Part shown: positions 1 through 12,200 of the stretch, piece by piece | Layout: every line of letters begins with the position of its first letter | Position numbering within the stretch: position 1 is the stretch's first letter | Virus record (IMG/VR): IMGVR_UViG_3300031800_000786 | Coordinates: 1-52,852 of that record | DNA length: 52,852 nucleotides | Source: a virus | Lineage: Duplodnaviria > Caudoviricetes | Strand: one strand, 5' to 3' | Position numbers and translations under genes: made by a program | The notes under the pieces: model-generated | The model's input: the letters and a program-made list of their open reading frames with translations, nothing else | The model's database searches: none | What the model was told of the DNA's origin: nothing

Positions 1-210
1 ATGCACATATTGGCGATGCTACTAGGTATGATCATTGGTTTATCAATTGGAACTAATTTAACTTGGCTCCTTGGTTTGCCTGTAATGCTGCTTAGTTTGC
101 TATGTTTAAATATGGGCTCTGCGGCATGGCGTGAAAGACAAGAAGCCTTCGCATTGTTTTTTGGCTTATGCTGTGGCGCACTTATCTTTGTCTCTAATTT
201 AATATCGTAG
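1..210 (+). CDS. Small hydrophobic membrane protein (moron or flanking host gene)
   Basis: 69 aa, almost entirely hydrophobic segments; converges on the giant gene at a shared hairpin. Confidence 0.6.
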   Translation: MHILAMLLGMIIGLSIGTNLTWLLGLPVMLLSLLCLNMGSAAWRERQEAFALFFGLCCGALIFVSNLIS

Positions 211-233
211 GTTGATTGATCCGATACTCTGTT

Positions 234-260
234 AAAAGCCCTCAATTAAGAGGGCTTTTT
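234..260. terminator. Bidirectional intrinsic terminator
   Basis: AAAAGCCCTC-aattaa-GAGGGCTTTTT between convergent genes. Confidence 0.9.
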
Positions 261-264
261 ATTT

Positions 265-3200
265 CTACCACTCCCCTAAATTCAACGTTACATAAGCTTT
301 GTGATAAATGGCGTTGATTTTGCGCTGAACATCGTCCAGCTTTTCGCGCTTTTGTTTCCCGTCTAACTTGTCATTATCATTTATCGCTTTTTGCATTTTT
401 CGTAACTTAGAGATCATGCGCTGAACTTTAGCAAGCGTTGCTTTAGAACGTAATTTTTGGCCGTCTTTTTCTATAAGCTCTTGCTGCCTTGCAGTGTCGC
501 CCAACTCCATTGCACGCTTATAACTTCCGTAAGCCTGGTTTGCTGCGTCCAGGGCTTCATAAAAATCAGTTGCAAACTTGGTGTTGGTTTTTGGTCCACT
601 CCCTTGATAAAACGCTTTTACTACCGGGTAACGACTAACCGGCGTTTCTGGCGGCACTTTGCCTGTCATCATGCGCGCCACAATATCACTGGCACCAAGC
701 ACGTATCCGCCTATCGTTCCGGTGTAACCCTTTATTAAGTGTTCAACTTTTTTCGGGGAAACGCCAAACTGCTGCGCAATCGCTTTAACTGTATCGCTTG
801 TGTAGGCGCTGTAACGATCTTCCGCCTGCTTGTTTTGGTCGGCCATGCCTTCAATTGGCGAGCCTTTAAAGAACGATTTATTTATCAGCACTTCTGTCGC
901 GGGCAAAAACATTTGCGGTATAGGGTTCATTGACATGGTATTCCAAACAGCATTGGCAACTGCCTTCCCTAAATCTTTATCTGTTTGCGTGCCAGTACCA
1001 TAATGAAATAAGCGCTCAGGCATGGTGCCAAAAATAATACCAAGCTCAAACGGCTTTGGTATTCTCATGTGCTCACCATCAACAAAGAAGTGCCAATTCA
1101 TATCCTTGTCCCAATCTTCCAGCTTTTGATATTCTTCATCGTCATCATTCATCGCGGCCAATGCAAGGCTGAACGCTGCAACCTTAATTCCTTTCATTGC
1201 CAAGTTTGCACTTAATACGCGTAACACTCTATCGTCATTGCTGGCCTTTGCTGCTCGAACAAGCTTGCTCATGCCCTGCAAGCGAGCGTTAAAGAATGGG
1301 AGCGTATCAATCATGGTGCCGATTAATTTAAAGTTACCTTTTAAGCTGTAATCCATTAGGTCTTTTGCTTCATAGGCTGCTTGTCGTTTTGACTTGCCGT
1401 TAGCAATAGCCGCTTCATACGTGCTTAACCGGTTAGCATTTTCAACTTTGTCACTAATGCCGCGATACTTCTCTAATAAAGTAGCGCCACTGGTTACAAC
1501 AGTCGCCATGTAGCCCTCTATCTCTTTACTTGTTAATCCTTTGGATCTTAGAGCCCGGCGAATTTGCTGCGCGCCTGCTTCTGGATCAGCGCCATGAATG
1601 TAACCGCCCTGGAACGCTGCGCCGCTGAATATTAAATCGCGGTAGGCTTCATCTTCTTTGAATGCTTTTTTAAGTCCTTTAATGCTATCGGTGCCAAACT
1701 TGAAGTCGTCTTTGTTGATCATCCAGGCATGGGCCGCATCACGTACAAAGTTTTTAAATATAAAGTCTGGTGACAGTGTGATACCTGCTGTTAAAAAGCG
1801 TTTGGCGCTTCGGCCAAGCCTGTTAAATAGGCTTTGACTGCCCACATCGTTCACTTGAATTAAAGCTCTTAGCAACGCTGGATCGCTAACAACATAAGCC
1901 TGTGGCTTGCCGTCTACCATAACTTTAACTTTACCAAGCTTGTTTAAATCCTGCTGGCTAAGGCTGGCTATATCTTCGCTTGATTCAGCTTTCATATAAT
2001 CAGTGCCATCAAGGTTATTAACAACCTCTTGCATTGCTTTGTTCTTTAATGACGCATCAATAAATGTACTTTGTCGAGATATAATATTCTCAAGTAGGTC
2101 TTTAGTTGATTGCTCGCCACCTTTTAAAGTTTTAAGTTGTGCTGACTGCCCTGATATACCTTTGCGCGTGTGTGGCTCAACTATCATGCGTTTTATTTCG
2201 TCCATTTCTGGATCTGTTTCACCCATATCACGGAAAAATGGCACGTAGTATTCTTCGTCAAAGCCTGATCGCTGCGCTTCGCTTAACAGTCCTGCTTGCT
2301 GCGCCATATCAAGAATAGCTGAGTTAATCTTGTTGTATTCTAAGCGCGTCTGCTCGAATAGGCGCTCTTTGCCATTGGCAAGGGCTTTTAACTCTGCAAT
2401 ATCATTATCGGTTAAGTTGTTTTCTCTGCCCTGGGCTTTTAGCTGTTCAGCCCTGTGCGCGCCCATCCATGCAAGCCAGTTGTTAAGATCATCGCCAACC
2501 ATGCCAAACACTTCTAGCAAGCCTTTGGTGCCTTCTTTGCGCTGTACTATTCCATCGCGCCATTGCGGAGCGCCATAGTTAAATACGCCATGTAGAACAT
2601 CGGCCAAGCCTGACGCAAGTCGCGCACTAACATAGCCTTGTCTATTTGGGTCGGTTACGCCGGCGGCTATTTCTGCGTTTTTAATACCCGATAAGCCATC
2701 AAATATCCCTTCGTTTAGTCGGTTCCAAAATGGCGAGCTCTTTAACGTATCAACTGTTTCGTTAACTTTGTCTTTAGCCATATCTGAAAAAGTTTTTGCC
2801 GCTTGTTCTTCAAGACCAAGTTTTTGTTTTGGTGTACGGGTATCTTCATCTGCGGTGCGGCTAAACATTAGATTGCTTGCCGTTTTTATTTGTTGTGGTT
2901 CAAGAGCTACATAAACATCGGAAACATGATCAAACCCGTTGCCTTTATCATCTTTTGAAATACCATCAATCATGTTTTTAAAAATTACACCGTCATTACC
3001 ATTATTAGCTGCCTTTTTGATAGCCGCTGTTACTGCTGAATCTTCAAAGCTACCTTCATCAAATTGTATTACTAATGGATTTTCAATTTTTAAATAGGTT
3101 TCTTTTATTTCACCCGAATTAAAAAAATCGTTGCTTAAATATTTCTTTACGGTAGGTAGGTAATTGCTTCTATCTGCTGGATGCTCGCTCGCATCCTGCT

Positions 3201-6200
3201 CTAAAGTTTCAGCAATATCGCTCATGGCATCGCTTATTATTTCTGCCTGATCATCTTTACTCGCGTATTCTAAATAACCATGATGCTGACCCATATCAAG
3301 ATCATCAAAAAGATCTATGCGCTTTTGCGCTGGCAACTTATCAAGTTCAGCAAGTATAGCTTCACTTTTCATAGCTGCGTGCTCTGCTTCTTCCTGAAAG
3401 CTGTATGCCATTGACTTGTTGGAGGTGAAGAAAAAGCCTAGCCCTGCTGAACTTGCACCGGTAAGGCTACCAAGCTTTGATTTGTCGAATGATTTAAACT
3501 TAGCGCCCGTACCGTGATAAACAATAAGCGGCTCGCCTTTGTTATCAACTACCTTGCTATCAGCAAACCATTCTTTAAAGTTATCACTCTTGCTCAATTT
3601 CTTTCCCGATTGACTGTAAGTTAAGCTACTTTCCTTTTGCCCTACAGGATCACGCTGCGCCTTAAATCCCCTAACTATACTTTCGAGCATATCACGCATA
3701 GAGGTTATTTCATCATCTTCACGATAAACGATACCAAGCTTGTCTAGCTGCTTACGAATAAAGCGCTTTAACGCATTCCACCAATACTTAACCTCGCCTT
3801 TGCTTGGTTCGTTTTCTACAAAGCGTGCAAAAATTTCTTCTGCTTTAACGTCCTCGCTTGCATCCCAATAATCGTTGTTCGCATCTTTCCAGTATTTCTC
3901 AAACGCTTTACGGCCCTTGGTCTTTTTAATGCGATCAATAAATTCTTGCTTAGCTTCTTTACCAATAACAGTATCAAGACCGCCGTGAGCAATAGTTTCA
4001 TGCGCTAAAGTTTGTTTAAGATCCTCTATACTATCCATGTTTTCAGCAATGATATAAACAGTATTGGACATTTCGCTATAAGCGCCCTTAACTGTTGCTC
4101 CTTCTAAACTCATGCGCCACATTTGTTCTGCTTCGGCTGTGGTTTCTAATATACGCACTTTTATACCGTTAGCGCCTTCCAGTGATTTTATGAAATCATC
4201 TGCAATTTTTTCTGCTTTATCTTTGGCTACGCCTTGTGCGTTCTTCTTAACTTTAGATTTTGAAAACTTAATATCTTGGCTGAATGACTTAGGCGCTTTC
4301 GGCTCGGCGTTACCGCCAGCTTTTACCCAATCATCTCGGTAAGAGCCTTGACCTTGTATTGTTACGAGCTTCGTTAGCTGGTTCATAACAGCTTTCAATC
4401 TTCGCTTATTAAATCTAGCAGTCATAGAAGCGTTTGAGCCGTAAAAATCAGTACCCATAGCATCTATTAAGTCTTGGTCAAATTTAACCGACTTAACAAT
4501 GCTAAGTTTATTCGCTTTAGGAATGGTAATGGACCAATCATTTTCGCCAACCGGTTTTATAGAAACGGCTTTAGTAGTGTCTAGTAGCCCCGCGCCTTCA
4601 AGCTTGGTGCGAGCGGCGTTTAAAAACTTAGCAAGGGTATCGCCATCGCGCATTGAGAATGTTTTAGAAGATCCCGCCGATGAAAACTCTTTGCCTTCGT
4701 AATTTTTCGGTAAAAGTATGCCCTGGTGCGTTTTGCCTTCTTTATCAGTAAATGTTGCGATTCTGCCCTTTACTTCTTTTGAGCCCATTATTAGATTGCC
4801 GGTTGCGATGTATCTAATTTCGCGGCGGTCTGTATCTCTTAGCGGGTCGAACTTAAATTCATTGCGTATCTCTTGCTCGCTTCCTTTCGATATTTTGTGA
4901 GCGTATATCTCGTCACCTTTAAGCTGGCTTAGTGGCAAGCTAATCTGTCTTGAACCACTGTTTAGCATTAGGCTTATTTTTAATTTGCCTGGCGTGTACG
5001 GGTTGCCCTTTCCTATTTTGTGCGAGTCTTTGATACCAACAACTACAGCGTTTACTTTTTCTTCTGGCAATTGAATCGCAAAGTGGCTGCCGACTTGATA
5101 TTCATTTAATGCCGACTCCATTGCTCTTTTTTGATCATTAAAAGTTTGCACTTGGTTTTCTAAACCCATCACCTTTACGTCCAGGTCTGGCACTGCATCT
5201 TTATCATTAACCTGCGCATTTTCTAAGTCGGCCCTGGCGGTTGATAATCTCGACTCAAGATCTGTTATGTATTTAGTGTCACCGCTTTTAGATGAAATAA
5301 TCTTATCTTTTAACTTTGTAGGATCGCCGGCTTTGGCGATTGCTTTTATAACCTCATCTGCCGTAGGCGGCTTGCCCTGGTACTTGGCATCAACTTGGTG
5401 AAGGAACGTGTTGCCACCGAATGTAGTTTCAGGGTTTTTACCTTCGTAAATAACCTTTGAATCAATAATGCGCGCATCAAGGTTTAGCATTTGTGGTGAT
5501 AAATCGTTTTGACCTGTACTATCAAGATAATCAATTAAATCTTTATACTCTGCCTCAATATCCGCATAAATAGCTTCTTGTTTGCTAACAGGTAGCAAAG
5601 CCATTCTTCCGGTTGCTTTCTCATAAAGACCTGCAACCGGTCCTTCTGCCGCCGGCTGTGGAATGCCCAAGCTAGATGCTACTGAACCGTTATCTTTTAG
5701 ATACTCAGTCATCACCTTGTCGCCGTATTTATTCATCATATCAACTGAATTAAGGCTTACGTCTGAGTCAGTATTTGCACTGGTGTTGGCATTAAGCGAT
5801 TTAAGCTTTTGTGAAGTCTTAGCTGCCGGCCTTTTCTCTGCAGGTATTGAAAGAGTTGGGAACTCATAAAACGGCTTTTCAACTTGGCCTGTTCGGTTTA
5901 TTCGCCCAAGCATTTGCATAAGAATATTAATATCAGCCATTGGTTGCATGACAATCATTGCACGCTTACGTGTATCGCTGAACTTTTCAGCAGCATGAAT
6001 GCTTAAACCAGTAGAGCCGGCCACATTTAGGACCAACGAATCTAACTCGCCATTATTGAATTTATCTACAGTGCCGCGTTTGTCTTTTTGCTCTGCCGTT
6101 GTGATCACATCAAGTACAGGCTCGCCGCTACTATAATCAATTCTATATTTACGCCCTGTTATCTCGCTTGTTTTTATTCCGGCGCTTTCTAGCTTGTTTC

Positions 6201-9200
6201 TTACATAATCAATTGGCGATATAGGCATATCAGATATATCTAAATTGTTTATGACGTTTTCCGCTTCGTGGTAAAGGCTTTGCACGTATGGATCTAAGTA
6301 GCTAAGTGGAACATCGACCGATTTGCTATCTCCCGCCTTATCTTTAACAGATACGCGGCGTGTGCGCTCTAACGCTCTTAGCATTACATCACGATAATCA
6401 GCGTCAATAACATCGCCAGGCTCTAGGCCATTATCGGCTACAAACTCAGATAGAAATGATCCCATTGTATTTTGCAAGGCAATAACCGGCTTTTGATTTG
6501 CTTTGTGCATTTCAATTGCTCGGTCTGCCACCGTATCAACCTTAAGCCCCATTAATAGTTGGGATATAAAGTTGTGACCTATGCTTGTGAAATTGGTGTG
6601 ATTGAAAGAGGCATCGGCTTTGTTACCCGCGCCGCTAGCGCTCATGCCTTCCTCTTGTAGCTTTTGGTTTATAGCGTCTACAGACAGATCATGAAACGCT
6701 TTATCTGCGCTAACAATAGCACGTAAACCAGTGGTTACTTTGTCTGATATATCCGTGTGCTTAGCTTTGTTTGTTTCGTCCAGCGTAGTTTTTATTTCAA
6801 TGCCTTCAAAGCTTCGCTCTCTGCGATATAGCTGCCCTGTTTCGGCTAGCATTCCCGCAATGATAGTTTGCAATGCTTCACCACCGGTGGCGGCTGCTTC
6901 TATCAAATCTTCTGGCTTATCTACTGAGTCCATTAAATCGGTGCGATAAAAAACAGGTAGGTTGTCTGGTCTTTTTGCGTAAGTTGCAGACAAATACGCT
7001 ACAGGTGAATTTTCTATTGCACCATATAAGAAACCAGCTCTCGTTATTCTAGTTTGTCCTTTAGTCTTTTTAACTCGTTCGCCGGCTGCGTTGTGCGCTT
7101 CGTCCATAACAAAGTAAGCGTTATCTTTAAGCGCTTCAATTAATGCTCTTTGGCGCTTCCCGTCTAACTGGCTATAAGTTATAAATAGCATGTTGTTATC
7201 ATCTGGTAACTTACCAGTATTGATAATTTCGTCTATTAAACTTACATGCTTAGCTCTTGATTGGGTTTTGAATATCTTTTGATCACCGCTTTTTATGAAT
7301 GCGTCTTGATTGACTATTAGCGGTGCTGCGTTATCTGTTCCAATATCTTGCAGATCATCATACATATCTGTGAACAAGTTATCTTTTACAGTAATAAAAA
7401 TAGGTGTTTTACCTGAACGCATGGCGTAACGGATTATGCCTGCGGCTTGGCGGCCTTTACCTACGCCGGTTTGGTCCGCAATGATAATGCCTTTATTTTT
7501 CTTCTCTGCGTTGTAAATAGCAGCGGCTACGGTGTCTATTTGCAGGCCCATAAACGAATTGTAAAGCTCGTCTTTTGTCTTATAGCCAAGCTTGTCCATT
7601 ACATAGTTATCAATTGCGCCAACCGCACCTTCAATAGCTCTAAGTGAATTTTTAGACGCTTCTGCCATATTTACAGGCGTTAAGACTGCTTCGTTAGAAC
7701 CTCCGCTTTGCGTAGTGTATGGGGCTTGATAATTTGAGCCGGTTGCTACAGACTCGCGTCCATCATTTCGATCAGTGCCGGCGCTGTTATTTCCTGGTAC
7801 TCGCTCACCTCCATTTGTGACGGCTTGATCGACTCCACTTGGCTTAGTATTGTTCCCATTAGCTCCGTTTGCATTATTTGCATTGCTATCGAGCTTGGTG
7901 TCTCCATTACCGCGTCCACCTCTTGAGCCATCATTGACGACTGTATCGCGTGTGCCGCTCCCTGTTCGTCCTCCGCTATCAACTCCTGTAGTCGCGCCTG
8001 TATTCTCCCCTCTAACTGACGGGGTGAAAATTGTGTCGATGCTGCCACTGTTAGCGCTTGTATCGCTGTCTCTGTCAATAGGTCGCCTTGCGGCTGCCAT
8101 AGCTTCGTTGTATCTTTCATATAGTTCATCCCACGAATTTACGCGCTCTATGCTGCCCGATTTAGGGCTAAATTTGTTACTTTCTTGTCTGCCATTTACA
8201 GTTATAACACGTACGGGCCAGCCTGCGCCTTGTCGTGAATATAAATCGCCTGATACTTCAAAGTGATCCGCTACATTATAGTTTGAATAAAGCCAATTGA
8301 AAAACACGCGATCAGCTGCGCCAATTGCGCCAGGCTCTTTACTTGCACCAATAATTATAGAGGCCTTTCCGTTATCGTCTATAGCCTCAAGCGCTTTTGC
8401 AGCTATTAGGTGATCAATTGATTTTATTTTGTAACCATCATATTCAACAACCTGGTCAAGCTTTCCAAAAGGAGGATTCATTATTGCAGAGTTAACTTTT
8501 TCACTTGGCACAAATTTAGTCGCGTCTTTTTGTGTGACTTTGTAACCCTGGGCGCGCAATTGCTTAACTCTTAAATCGTTAAGCTCATTTACTACTGCGT
8601 TACCCTGGCTTGCACCAATAAGCAACATACCGTTGCCGGCTGTTGGCTCATAAACCGTTGTGTCCTCTTTTATTCCAGCTAAATTAGAAGATAGGTAAGC
8701 AAGCGGTGCCGGCGTGCTATATGCCTGATTTTTCATACTGGTACTTGAGCGGGTCGTTAAATTAGGCTGATTTTTGTATAAGGAAACTAGCTTTTCGTAA
8801 GTGTCTTTAGGGTTCGCTCCCTCCCTTACAATTGCCTGCGCTTCTTTGACTAATGCAAGTTCAACAATTTCTTGCGCTTCTTTCATTTGCGCGTCAGTTA
8901 CCTCGCCGGTGCTAATATCGTGATACTGAGACACTAATTTTTTAAGCGCTCTATTGTCATTAATGCTAGCTAAATTATCTTGAATAAGTCCTTCAAGACC
9001 ATCCTTGTTCACGCTTTCATTAGTAACCGACTCGCCCGTAGTTGATTTTATCCAGGCTTCAACTTCGCTGCGCCTTGAAGGTGGGAACATCCAGCCTTGT
9101 TGCTGTCTGTGCCATATACCGCCTAGACCTTTTTTACCTAATTCATCTTTATGTGGTTTTGTATCGCCTTTAACTATGAATGAGCTTTTATAGGTATCAA

Positions 9201-12200
9201 TGTAAAGAGAAGGTTTGTTTTCTGCGCTTGCTTCTGCCGATTCTTCGGCCTTGCTTTCGTTAGCGCTTACTTCTTCCGATAAAATAGCGTCAATGTCCAG
9301 GGCTCTAATTTCTCTTGGCGCATCCATAGTATCGGCAACTTCATCAGTTACATTGTATCGCACTGGATCAGCTGATATTGAAGCGTAAGCAGATTTTAGG
9401 TAAGGCTTTAATTGGTCCTGCTCAATACCGTTTGCTTTAGCTAGCTTTGTTAATTGCTTGGCCCACTTAGCAAACTTAACAACGCCTTTTGCCGCCAGTA
9501 CCGCGCCAATTTTTGACACAATAAATGCTATTTTAGGATCAATGCCTGAGTTTAAGCGCCCTTTTTGCTCGCTAAACGCATCTTTGAGCTCGCCAAATAA
9601 GCCTTGCAACTCATTATTAAGCTTTTCCTCTGCCGCATCTAGCTTGCTTTCTGGCTTCGGCTTGGCCTCTGGTTTAGGTTTGCTTGATGGTTGCTTGACG
9701 GTTGTTTGATTGCTGTAGTAGTTATCTAACGCGCTAACGGTATCGGCGCCACCGCCTGCAAGTGCTGCGATATTAAATGTGTCTGTATCGCCTGGGGCTT
9801 TTAGTATTCTAATAGCTCTAGCGTTTTTTCTAACCTTAGCAAAGGCAACTCCGATTTTATTCCCTCGGTGATCGATTACGGTGTCACCTTCCTGTAGGTT
9901 TGCAAACGCTTCTACACGCTCGCGTACAGTGCTTAAATTTTTAAAGTTAACTACATTTTCACTTGTTGAACCATCTGGAATTTCCGGATTGTTGGATTGC
10001 GTTGTAGGCTCTTGGTCAAATAGAGTCGGCTCGCTATCTCCAAACATATCAGGGCCATTGTCTTGCTCTGTGCTTTCTGGCTCTATTGCTGTTTCTGTAA
10101 TAGGTGCGGTACTAGGTGCGGACTTTCCATCTTTAGGTGCGGATATTGAATCGCGTATTTGTTGGACCATTGAAGGATTGGTGTGCCAACTATCCCACAC
10201 TTTAACTTCATTCGCTAGCTCGTTTGTTCGCTCTTTCAATGCTTTAGGGTCTTTTACATTAACGCCCTCTGCGGCTGCTATTTCTGGCTTGCTGGCCGCT
10301 CCACGGATAGCAGATAAGCGGCTTCTTATTTCGCGCTGCTTGGCTGCTGCGACCTTAGCCATTTGCTCGGCTTCTTGCATTGCTGAATCATCAAAGCCAA
10401 ACAGATCACCACTTTGACCGCCTTGGTCTTGATTTGTATTTAACGCTGATACTGCATGGATTAAATTTTTAGCAAAGGTAATTGAGCGCTGATCATCGGC
10501 AATGGACTTAACGCCCAATATTTGCAAACGCTCATTGCCTGGCGCAGCTTCGGCTATTGCTTCGGCTGCTTGGGCGCTGATCCGCCCTGTCCTCTGTGCT
10601 TCAATTGTTTCATTAGTCGCACTATTTGCGATTTTGAAGGCTGTTCGCCCTGTTGCTCTGTCGAGTAGCCCGTACTGTTTTGCTTCGGCTTCTGTGATCC
10701 CGTCTTGCTTAAAGAGTTCAACATAATCTTCTACCTGCCCTTTATCTTCTCGAATGTTTAATATTGCGTCTAGGCGCTTACCATCGCCTGCGGTAAAGCC
10801 GTCAGACTCATAATGATACTGTGCCGGTATGCTTTCAACACCATCACGTTTCGCTAAATCAAAGCGGTGGCGACCTGTGATTATTTCTTTGTTGCCATTC
10901 TCACGCACCCAAACTTGAACCGGTGACATGCCCACGGGATCAAACTTACCTGTCAACGGTTCGACAACGCCGTCAGAATTTGAGCCCGATTTGAATTGCG
11001 GAATATCTTTAGATAATGATAGCTCACTTATTGGCGTGTCGATAACTTGAACGCCGTTAACCTTATCGTTAACAGCAATGTTTTTATCATCTTCATCTTT
11101 ACCAGGTGCCGCGTCAACGTTTAACGCTAACGCTTCACCTTCTTGTTGGGCTGGCTGCGCTTGATCACCCTGTTCATTTTGCGCAACCGTATCAGTTTCA
11201 GGGCTTTGCTCCGCTGCTGCCTGTTCTGAATATTGCTTAGTGCCATCATCGCCTTTAATCGTCCAGCCAAAACCATTATCAAAACTTACCGCTTTTGTTT
11301 TGTGGCCGGCTCTGCGTGCTGCGCGTGCTTCTTTACTTAGTAGCGCATCGCGTTTCGTTTTAAATGCTTCACCATTTTTAGCAACATTAACGCCGCTATT
11401 ATCGTCAGCAAAAATAATATCTTTTTGTGGCAATAAGTTTTGCGAGTCTTTACCAGCTTGCTTTACCCGCTCTGCTGCGCGCTGCTGCGGCCTGCCATCT
11501 TCACCAAAAATAATATCCTTTTGGTCAATACCTTTAGGCTGTGACTCAAGATCAGCTTGTGCTTGCTCGCGCATTTCACGGTTTTTAGTTTGCTCTGTCG
11601 TTGGGAGCTTACCTTGCTCTGGCACTACTTGGCCGTCTATTGGCGCATTGTCTATCCCTTGCGCGTTTTGAGCGTCTGGGCCTAATAACTCGCCTTCGTG
11701 TTGGTATTTAATAGGGCTAAAGCGATCCTCTGGCGTTGGTGACTTATCAAACGCCGCCGCTTTTACTCGTTCGTCCACAGTAGGTGCGTTGTTGCCTGCT
11801 TCTAAGTCTCTTAGCGATTGCTGCGCTGGGCTTGTAAGCATATCACCATACTGGCCGGCTGCTTTTGCTGTCTGGTCAAAGCCTGCTTGCCTCGCTGCTG
11901 TAGGCGCATCGTAATTAATATCATCATTTTCAAATACAGGCGTTTCGGTATCTTCTGGTATTGTTTGCGCTTGCGTTTCTGGCTGTGCCGGCTCTGCCGC
12001 TGCTGTAAACAAAGGATCATCAATGCCGAACTTTTCTTTCATTGTACGTGCAACAATTGCTGACGCTTCAACCTCTGTAAAGCCTTGCTTAATGGCTGAG
12101 TCGTATTGCTGCTTTTTAACGGTTTCAATGGCTTCTTCTGGCGTTGCGCCTGCTTCAACAAGCTGATCGGCACCGTCCTTAACGGTTTCTGCTGATTTTT

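Noticed and set aside
234-260. Similarity of this hairpin to the one at 36501-36536 (GCCCT..AATTAAGAG) as an att or mobile repeat
   Set aside because: Short and explained by a shared terminator style; no flanking identity
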